Positions 11,189 through 20,064 of a stretch of 64,000 nucleotides of DNA are shown here, piece after piece (position 1 is the stretch's first letter; each line of letters opens with the position of its first letter). The stretch is from a virus, in the IMG/VR virus record IMGVR_UViG_3300009509_000001, positions 130,577 through 194,576 of that record; one strand, written 5' to 3'. A program made the translations under genes and the position numbers. The notes under the pieces were generated by a model. That model did not search any database. It saw nothing but the letters and a program-made list of their open reading frames with translations, and was not told where the DNA came from.

Positions 11189-14100
11189 AGGTACGACTAA
11201 ACAGAGCCCTGGGTCAACGTGACATTCATGTCACGATGACATCGCGTTGTGGCAGGCGCGCTTCGTGACGTTCATGTAACGGAGCGCGCCGCCGGCGGGA
11301 ATGGGATGTAATTGGATCGATGTCGGCGCGGCGCCGACGAAGACTCGTACCTTCATGCGACTCAAAAACAATCCCCGATATGTTTTCGGGGACAGGGCAG
11401 CCAGGGCGGCTGGTCTCCAGCTCACTGGCTGCCTTGAAGCCTCCTGTATCCCGAGGGACGTGGAGCCCATAGGCGTGGCGCCTATGTCGTCTCGCATGCA
11501 CACGCGTAGCGCTAGAGTCAGTAGGCGCAAGCCTTCGACTCGGTTGATGGGTGTATTCCATTCATCCAGGCGGCGCGGCGCCGCCACGTACCGCTACATT
11601 CGGATGCTTGAATAGCCAGCCGGCGTCCTCCTGAGGGCGCAGACCGGGGGATGGACGCCGGCTGGGTTGCTGGCCGGCGTGATCATCTAGGCGATACAGG
11701 CGGTGCGCCTGCTAATGCCATCCGTTAAATTACCCGCTAAGAGTGAGGAGGGAATGCAACTGGAGTTATTGCCAGGCCGGGGGCATGGTGGTAAGTCCAG
11801 TTGGAAAGTGCGACAATGCGTGTCCGTAGGACTTGTCGTGCTTCCGACGAGCGATCGCGGGGCGCCGCAGGTGACGTACCAGCTGTAAGCTGGTGCGTTG
11901 CCCGTACTCTCCTCGTGTTATGAAAATGCCGGCGCATCGCCGGCGATCACCGGGTAGGAAAAATCAGAGTCACTAACCACAGTCAGTCCGCAAGCGCTGC
12001 GCGGACTGGCTGACTTCAAGCGAAGCGCAGCAAGTGCGCAAAGCCCACTGGGTTTTGCGCAGGCGTCTTCGTGGAATGCTGATGTCCTTTCGGACCATGG
12101 GCGATGCGCCCACTGCCACTGACTCTGGAAAACCACGCTTACACTTTTGCAAGCACAGCTCGAGCGGAGGGGAGGAGTGTTTTTGGATTTATCCGGCGAA
12201 GCCTGGTTGAATCCAAAAACTCGGGGGAGCGATGCTCGAGCTGTGTGAGTTGGTATACGGACCGACTCGCGACGTTGGCGGCGAATCGCCGCCCATGACC
12301 GTGGTTCGAACACTTAAACAAGGAAACGTAGCAGGCACCTGGGCTCTGCTACGTATCCGGCCGGTGGAGGGATGAACCCTTTCCGGGCTGACGGCGTTGC
12401 ACCGTCCAACACTGTTCGTTACTAGGAGGAGGAGTCGAATTACTGCCCGAATTCGGCTCCGGAGGAATGGCGGTAGTGGTGCGGGCAGTCAAAGCCGCGT
12501 AGGGCCAGACTGGGCGAATGCCGTGCACCGTACCTATTGGCGGCGAATCGCCACCGCTCACTAACGACAATCAACTCTCATACACACGTGTCCGACTGCC
12601 CATCGTGGCAATCCGCTGCCGGCGCAGCGCCGGCCAGGCCAGTTGATCCTGTGTCATAACCGGTTCGGCGATTAAATCCTTGCCGGTTCTACGACGCCGC
12701 CGTCGGGTTGGGCGTCGGGGTTTGGTTGCGGTTTGGGCCGATCCACGTCGCTTGCCATTGAATGCAATGCTCGGGCGCGTGTCGTGCCTGGTTGACGCTG
12801 CACTTATACTGGTGAAGCTTGCTTCACCTGTAAGCTGGGCGTTCGTGCCCATGCTTGATCCAGACGATGCGCCTGAATGGACTGCAGCGTAGCGCGCTCT
12901 ACACTAGCGAAATCCGGAACGCCTTCCGGATGAGTTACGGTATAGTCGCAATGAGGTACCCGGGCTCGCTTGCGAGCGGAAGTGGTACCTGAGCAGCGAC
13001 TGAGGAATCATGCGAACATGTTCCCTGCCGGCGTTGCACCGGCGCCTTCTGTAGAACTTGTACTAACTGCTGCTGCAGGACAATCGGAGTGCAGCAGCAG
13101 TACGCCGGCGGTAAACCGGTACTGATGGTACAGGCGGTGCGCCTGCGACTACTACAAGTATCGATACTAAATCAACGCGGGCGACCCTTAATCGGCGTAC
13201 GCAGTGGAAGCCGACCTGGGGTCGCCCGCGGTCCGCCTTCGGCTTTCGCCTGACGGGCCTGCGGCGCAACGCCGCGATGGACTATCGAAATCGTGACACT
13301 GATCAGGATGTCGCCGAGGTAGAAGAGCATCGGCGACATCCGGACTCTTAACGTTGCAAACGTTAAGTACAACGAACGGATGACGCTCCGTCGACTGCAG
13401 GCGAAGCGCCTGCGAACACTGTCACTGAAAGAGGCACAAAAACTCAGGAGGAGGAACTGAACGTCCCGACGGGCGGGGGGTTCCTCCTCGCTTAGCCTGC
13501 ATGGTCCTGACGGACCGGTTGCCTGTGGGCGAAGCGCCCGCGAAGACTGCCTCTGGTGCGTGCACGGCACAAAAAGGTGCACCCGGGATGACGATCTCAC
13601 GTATCTGCGTGATCAGGAATCCCGGGTGCGCTATACGAGTGCGGACACACGTATCAGCTGTAGGCGCAACACCTACTTCCGCTGCCGGCATAAATTACAC
13701 TACTGGTGCTCGATGAAAGCGAGCGCGCGTGGACCTCTTTGACGCAGGCACGCAGGGCCAGTCGTCGAAGAGGGGAACTCTACAGGATCGTGCGGTCCCG
13801 CAGGTTTGGCGGCGATTCGCCGCCACTTGCTGTAATCGATTGCTATGACCCAGACAGGCGTTCAGCCTGTCGCGGAGTCCTGACTGGCTTAGACTTCAGT
13901 CTTGGCCATCAGGATGGACCTTGAGGAATGCATATCGCCATAAGCGACCCCGGCGTGACGCCGGGTAATTCCAATCGTATACGAATCTGACCGCTCACTT
14001 TCAGCTCTCCCCAGATGACTCCGAGGCGAAGACATGGATGTGATCTGGGGAGATTGCCCCGAATGCATGCCATATCGTTCGTTGCAGGCGATGCGCCTGC

Positions 14101-14953
14101 GATGACCGGTCGTGTACACGGACCTCGATCGATGGAACGGAAGATCGAGGTGCTCCTCGTGCCGGTGGATTGTCGGTGGAAGCCGACAATGCTCAACCTG
14201 ATGGCACGCGGTTTCGCACGTCATGGCGCTTCGCCATGGGATGCTGTACATCTCACACAAACCCAGGGATCCCGTCGCGTTTACGAAGAAAGGGATCCCG
14301 GGCCATGACCTGGTAGGTTTCCTACCAGGTCGATGGGCATGAATGCCCGAGGACTTTGAGGTTACAGGCGAAACGCCTGCGAGGACTGTGAGACGCGTTT
14401 CACTATCGCAGATCCGGCGGTGCCCGCCGGAGCAGCGCGGTGCACGGGGACCCTGGGAGCTGTGAAGCGCTACCTGGGTCCCCGTGCAGCCTCCTAGCCT
14501 GGAGGCCGGTTGGGACATTGGCGGCGAATCGCCGCCTTGTGCTGAAACACTTACGAAAATCGGGCCACGCCCGACGGCGGGGATGAGGCTGCCCGGGCAT
14601 AAGCTTGCGTTGCCGGGCAGCCTCATCTCTCTGACATCCGCTTGAAATTGGGCGGTAGCAGGCGAGGCGCCTGCGTGTACTGTTTCTGCAGAAACGTCGA
14701 TCGCATTATAATCACGAGACGCACGTGAGTGGGCGTGCGATCTCGTGATACGGTGGCTGCCGTCGGTCTCCTGTGAAGCGGGTGACCGACGGCAGCCATC
14801 TCCTGGAAAGCTACGTGACGTTGTCACGCTCGGCGCAGCGCCGAGTCGAGCCGATCGACCGGATGGAAAGGGCACTTGATAAATGGACAAATCTGACCGC
14901 ACCGAGATGGTACCGGGTGGCCTTGACGGCGAGTCGCCGCCGCTAACTGCCCT
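11189..14953 (-). ncRNA. tandem array of 26 retron-like (msr-msd-like) structured RNA modules
   Basis: 26 copies of a 17-nt hairpin NNNGGCG-N3-CGCCNNN. Each is followed on the + strand by C at exactly +6, then 5-8 nt complementary to a segment about 80-230 nt upstream that is itself followed by C. Long variable hairpins lie inside each module. The structure is read directly from the sequence; the retron function is inferred. Confidence 0.8.
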
Positions 14954-15024
14954 GGGGCGATGCGCCCCTTTCGCGGTGATTACGCCGACCGGGGTTACCT
15001 GCCGGCGCACTGTCCGCTGCTACC

Positions 15025-15636
15025 CTAGACGGGTAGTTCGGCGTCTAATTGCTTGAGGAACAGATCACGGACGACCCGCGCCTTGTTCTCAGGGATGTAC
15101 GGGCTTTCATTGCCTTCGGGCGGGACGCCGTACAGCTCGGCCAGTTCGTCGAGCTTGTACCGGTTGAGGCCGCGCATGGACTTCACCCGCTCCTGCAGAT
15201 GCAGTATGCTGGTCGACTCCGACAGGCGGTCGTTCCAGTACCGGATCGTCTTGTGAAGGACGGCCGGGTCGACGAACGTGGCGTTGGTCGGCAGCAACTT
15301 CTGGTCGAGCAGCTTGTCGCGTACGAACGTGAACGCCTGGTGGGCCACCAGACAGGTTATGCCGTGCGTCTCCATTATGGACTGCAGGGTCTCCGCGGCC
15401 ATGTGGGGTTCGACGGCCAGCGACGAGTAGACCGTGGCGGGAATGCCGTGGTACTGCTCGGTCTCCGACAGGTTGGCCCCGGCGACGAACACGCTGATGT
15501 CCGGTCCGTCGATGGGTTTGATGGCGATCATACCGACCTTTGCGTCGGGCTTGATGCCGTCGGTGGCCAGTGCTATTGCGGCGCTCGCTTCCGGGCGTAC
15601 CCAGAATGGTCGAAGCGCGTCTCTAAGTGTAGTCAT
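15025..15636 (-). CDS. DnaQ/DEDDh exonuclease-fold protein, probably catalytically inactive
   Basis: ALATDG (cf. DLETTG), LVAHQAFTF (cf. VAHNAxFD), FVDPAVL and RYKLDELAELYGV; acidic catalytic residues missing. Confidence 0.55.
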   Translation of the reverse strand: MTTLRDALRPFWVRPEASAAIALATDGIKPDAKVGMIAIKPIDGPDISVFVAGANLSETEQYHGIPATVYSSLAVEPHMAAETLQSIMETHGITCLVAHQAFTFVRDKLLDQKLLPTNATFVDPAVLHKTIRYWNDRLSESTSILHLQERVKSMRGLNRYKLDELAELYGVPPEGNESPYIPENKARVVRDLFLKQLDAELPV

Positions 15637-17504
15637 TGCCTTACCTCGATGAAGTCGTCGCCGGCCAGAGCGTCCAGTGGAAGCCATTGGGCCGGCGGCA
15701 GTGTGTCTTTGTCGAACATGACCAGGCCGAGGCCGCAAACCATGTCGAACGGATACAGCCAGTGGTCGCCGTCGGCTATCGCGAACGCATTGCCCAGATT
15801 GCTGAAGTTGTCCTCCAGCGGCAACGCGCGGCTATAGCCGTCAAGCGCCATAAGCTGCTTGGTCACCTCGCCGCGCATCCGCACGGTGAGATTCTCGGTG
15901 CTCTGCGCCCTTATGTAGAAGGCCGGATAGATCAGACTGTCCACCTCGACGGCGGTTTCGCAGCCCTGGCACAGCGTCTCGATCACGGCGTGGTCGCGCT
16001 TGTCGCCGGCCCGGATCGCATCCTTGCCGCGCTTCAGGCTTTTGATCAGGCCGGCCTTCGAGCCGTTCTCGCCGGGGCGCAGGCGCGTGGGCTCCACGAA
16101 CATTCCGCGGCGCTTGCCGTTTCGTATCCGATAGAGCCCGTTTGCCGCGAAGCAGATCTTCTGATCGCCGATGCCGGACCGGATGACCGTTCCGGGCATC
16201 ACCTGCACCTGATCCTTGGTTGCCACCAGCAATCTGAGCATGCGCATGTTGACGTGGCCGGTATCCTCCCCGGTCACGTACCAATGAACGAGCGCGTGCC
16301 CGTCCCATTGTCGAAGCGTCCGTCTGGCTTGTTCAAGCCGAGCGGATCTAGTCATTCGACTCCTCGGGAACGGCGGGCGGTTCCTGGTTGACGAACTCGG
16401 TAGTCACGTGGTTGTATGCCTGGAGGTGAGCACGTACTTCGGCGGCCAGGCCGGGCGGCAGAGAACTCAGCAGCATCAATGCGCCGATGTCCTTCTTCAT
16501 TTCGCTGAGATCCAGCGGTCGATCGTCGTCCTGTACGCGCTCGGCCAGGATGTACCGCCAGATGACGCCGAGGCTCATGGTCCGGTGGAACTCGGCCACG
16601 AGCGACGGGTCCACCTCGCTCGTATGCTCCTCGAACGACCGGGTGATCTGCTCGATCGTCTCGGCTTCGGCGCCGGTGACGATCTCGTTGATCATCCCGC
16701 TGAGGGCGGTTGCCAGCTTGTGCAACTCCGGAATCCTGGTCGGATGCCGTTCACCCATCTGTTCAAGGATCAGGCGCACCACCGGTTTGAACCAGTTGAG
16801 CACGTCCCGGCGTGGCGCATAGATGCCGCCGCCTTCCTTACGTTGGTATTGTATCACGGATTTCTCCTTCTATATATTTCACGGTTCTGTGTCTTCAGCG
16901 ACGAGGGTGTGTCGATTTCCAGGAGCGCAAGGTTGCGTCCTTTCTGCGTACCCATCTTCGCCCAGGTATGCATGGTCACGCTGTCCGCCGGCTTGGGCCT
17001 GCTGTCACGCGGGCACCCGAGCATCTTCGGAAAGTACGTAGCGTAACGCAGGCTTAAAATAACGTCGAGAACATGTCCGGCGGCCGGGCCGTTTATGGCC
17101 AGGACCTTGCAGACGTATCGCAACGGTATTCCGGGTTTGCTCGGATCGAGCTTGTCCATTCCGACCACGCGCACGCACATCCAGATGTGCTGCGAGCCGT
17201 CCCACAGGGGCGGCAGATCGCCATGCCGGAAAGCGGCGTCGTGCTCCACAAGGAACAGCGCCAGGCAGCGGCGGGCGATCGCGTTGAACTCCATGCCGTC
17301 CATCGGTATGATGGATTCGGCACGGGTTCTTACGTTTGCGCGGACCGGGTAACGGCGGCGGGCACACAGCTTCTCTAGGAGATCGACGCGGAGTGGCTCC
17401 GACATCGTCCGTCCAAGATACTCGTGGAACATGTGCTCGACCGCCTTCACCTTCTCGAGATGTTTGGACAGGCTGAATCCTTTCGGCGGCTCCAGCCAGA
17501 TCAC
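15633..17504 (-). other. three hypothetical genes (15633-16355, 16348-16857, 16854-17504)
   Basis: Overlapping co-directional ORFs. Confidence 0.6.
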
Positions 17505-18280
17505 TACTCTTCCTTGAACTGGTCGGGCGCCATCTTCTTGATGGTGTCCACGATGTTCTCAAGGTACACGATCTGCTTCTGCAGCTTGACGCCGCAGCTG
17601 ACGATGCGATCCTGGCTCAGCTCGTACAGCGTGTCGTCGCTGATGTCGCCGAGCTGGTCATACGCCGTGAGCGTGTCCTCCATCATGAGCATCTGTTCCT
17701 CGGAATGCCGCTGGAGCTTGCCGAAGTGCGTGCGGATGATGGCGGCCGCCACGTTGCTGGGGTCGCTGGCGTCCAGATTCTGACTGGCCTTCTGTTCCTC
17801 CATCGACGGTTCTTCGCCGTCGCTGAGATCAGACTGGTTCGTGTTGTCGTTCATCCGGTCTTCGTACGCCTTCTTGGCCTTGGCGATCTCTTCATATCCG
17901 ATCTCGCCGCTGACCAGTTTGTCCTCCACGTAGGCCCGGGCGCCATCGTCCTGGATGCAGGCGAGGCGCGCAACGCTGCTGGCGGGGATGCCGGCGTTCA
18001 GGAAGCGTTCCTGGATGACTTCCCAGGGGTACGCCTTCTTCATCTTCACGCACTCGTAGACCCAGCTGCTCGTGCGTTTGATGCCCTTGGCGAACTCTTC
18101 CACGTTGGATTCGCCGTACGCTTTCTTCTCCATGATCTGCTCGGCGGTTTCGCCGACCTCCCACATGAGACGCGTAAGGCTGTGCATGGCCATGATGAAG
18201 CCCTGATTGAAGTAGGTTATGGCCTCGTCGATGGACTTCCACCTGGGTTCTTCGTTGACGACTGTGATTTCTTCACTCAT
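17504..18280 (-). CDS. putative helical DNA-binding protein, paralog of 916-1560
   Basis: LMWEVGETAEQI..YGESNV..FAKGI..SWVYEC..AY.WEVI.E.F.N..I.ASSVARLACI shared with 916-1560. Confidence 0.65.
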   Translation of the reverse strand: MSEEITVVNEEPRWKSIDEAITYFNQGFIMAMHSLTRLMWEVGETAEQIMEKKAYGESNVEEFAKGIKRTSSWVYECVKMKKAYPWEVIQERFLNAGIPASSVARLACIQDDGARAYVEDKLVSGEIGYEEIAKAKKAYEDRMNDNTNQSDLSDGEEPSMEEQKASQNLDASDPSNVAAAIIRTHFGKLQRHSEEQMLMMEDTLTAYDQLGDISDDTLYELSQDRIVSCGVKLQKQIVYLENIVDTIKKMAPDQFKEE

Positions 18281-18779
18281 CTCGATATTCCTCTACGAAA
18301 TGTTCGATACGTATTATCTGCACGTGATTGACGCCGGCGCGCTTGGCCGGGATCAATATGCAGGGTTTCATTCTGTCCGGCGGAACCGTCAGGTTGTGGA
18401 TCACCCACAGGCCGCTGCTGCGGACCGGGATGACCCAGACTGCCTCCCCATACAGAACCATGTACTCGACGAATTTCTTCCAGAAGGGCTCGTCGAAAAC
18501 CTTCTCGGCCAGCAGGTTGGCCTGCTTGACCGACGTCATCCCGCCGAGGACCAGCCCACGCGGGAGGAGCGGGCCGATGCCCGGGTCCTCCCTGACGTGC
18601 CGCATCAGGTCCTCGCCGTTGCACATCGTCCACACCCATTTGACTCGCTTGGATTCGTATCCGAACGCGGGTGCGAGCATGCGCAGGGCTTTGGCTATGA
18701 AGGCCCGTCGAACCGGCTCCTTCACGCCCTCCTTCTGACGCTTGATGAAGTCCTCAGGACTGATCGGCTGATCCGTCAT
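18273..18779 (-). CDS. hypothetical protein
   Basis: 168-aa ORF overlapping its neighbours. Confidence 0.6.
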   Translation of the reverse strand: MTDQPISPEDFIKRQKEGVKEPVRRAFIAKALRMLAPAFGYESKRVKWVWTMCNGEDLMRHVREDPGIGPLLPRGLVLGGMTSVKQANLLAEKVFDEPFWKKFVEYMVLYGEAVWVIPVRSSGLWVIHNLTVPPDRMKPCILIPAKRAGVNHVQIIRIEHFVEEYRDE

Positions 18780-20061
18780 TAGCGGCCTCCTCGTTTGCGG
18801 CTTCGTTCTCCTCCTCGGAAATCGACTGGATGCCCGTAAGGTCGGTTCCGGCCTTTACCGCCCAGTCCATTATCGGCTTCTTGTCGGTTCCGTCGACCTG
18901 CGTCCACTCGACCTGATCGAACCGAAGGTTCTTGGTTATTCGCATGGCGCGTTTCAGGGCCTCGAACGTCTTCTTGTTCTCCGGCGTCCGAAGAATGTCG
19001 TAGACCTCCTGGGCCGTCGCCTTGTCGAAGCCGAGCTCCTTACAGCGGTAGTAGCCCTTGTTGCTCGAGTGCTCCTCCAGGTTAATGACCTCCTTCACGC
19101 CCGCCTTGTTCTCGAGCTTGTCGGATGTCAGACAGTCACAGTCCGCCTTCGCCCAGTCGAAGAAGTAGTTGTGCACGTTCATGCCCATGGCTTCGTCGAA
19201 GCGTTGGTGGAAGTGGATGGTCGCCGCGCAACGCCGGCCGAGTATGCCGAGGTTGTTCTTGACCGTTTTGAAGTCCACATCTGCGTACGGGTTCAAGGCA
19301 CCCTCGATCGGCGATTTGACGACCCTGCTTCGAGTCAGCACCGTGCTGTGGAAGCGCGGGGCTTCGCCGCCGAGCGTCGACTTTGCCTGGCCACCGCCGC
19401 CACCATAGCCTTCCTGCTGTTTGTTCTTCTCATGCTGGACGAAGAAGAGCAGCATCGGCCAGAAGCTCAGCTCCTCGACCATCTTCGCAAAGTACGGCGA
19501 CAAGGCGTGGGCCTCGGCGCTGTAGCTCTTGGAATAATGGCCTTCCTTGCTGATCTTGTCACTGGTGGCCTCGCTGAGGACGCCGCGAAGCGAATCCCAG
19601 CAGATGCCGTACGGAAGGTGGCGTTGGACCGCCGTCTTCTTGTAGAAGTCCAGGGCATAAGTGATCATGTCCTGACCCTGCTCGAGCGACGTGGCGTTGT
19701 ACTGCTGCATCGCGTTCAGATACTTGCCGATGATGCCCTCCATGAGGGTATCGCTGACTTTGCGCTCGGTCTCGACGAGGAGTCCGAGTCCGCCATACGA
19801 CATTATGTTTCGAAGGAGCCAGAAGCATATGCTGCTTTTGAAGCTCTGCGTGGGGCCGCTGAAGCCATAGAACCGCCCGAACGGCAGGTTCTCCACGCAG
19901 AACATGTATTGCAGCGCGAGGCTCGGCAGAGGAACGCCAAATTGCCGGACCCAATGGTCCTTGGCCATGTAGCAATTCTCTCTGCCGAACTTCTTCTGAG
20001 CCCCAGCGAGCTGTATCGCCATGAAGTCGGCGGCACTTATAGGCTCTTTGGGTTCAGCCAT
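18754..20061 (-). CDS. recA: RecA/UvsX-like recombinase
   Basis: LPSLALQY..LPFGR..GPTQSFKS (Walker A), VETE, ICWDSL (Walker B), FVQHEK, GGEAPRFHST, KTVKNNLG. Confidence 0.8.
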   Translation of the reverse strand: MAEPKEPISAADFMAIQLAGAQKKFGRENCYMAKDHWVRQFGVPLPSLALQYMFCVENLPFGRFYGFSGPTQSFKSSICFWLLRNIMSYGGLGLLVETERKVSDTLMEGIIGKYLNAMQQYNATSLEQGQDMITYALDFYKKTAVQRHLPYGICWDSLRGVLSEATSDKISKEGHYSKSYSAEAHALSPYFAKMVEELSFWPMLLFFVQHEKNKQQEGYGGGGGQAKSTLGGEAPRFHSTVLTRSRVVKSPIEGALNPYADVDFKTVKNNLGILGRRCAATIHFHQRFDEAMGMNVHNYFFDWAKADCDCLTSDKLENKAGVKEVINLEEHSSNKGYYRCKELGFDKATAQEVYDILRTPENKKTFEALKRAMRITKNLRFDQVEWTQVDGTDKKPIMDWAVKAGTDLTGIQSISEEENEAANEEAANDGSADQS

Positions 20062-20064
20062 TCA

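Noticed and set aside
11189-14953. CRISPR array or TIGR-type guide array
   Set aside because: No identical 23-47 nt repeats, unit length varies from 78 to 226 nt, conservation is structural rather than sequence-based, and no cas or Nop-domain gene is present in the window
14954-14968. 27th copy of the GGCG-N3-CGCC hairpin as a module
   Set aside because: Only a 6-bp stem, no C at +6, and no room for a cargo or a1 partner; at most a leader element or remnant
13889-15010. 373-aa ORF (and other short ORFs) across the array
   Set aside because: Arg/Ser/Pro-rich translation, no RBS, and none of the codon bias of the real genes; expected by chance in GC-rich structured DNA
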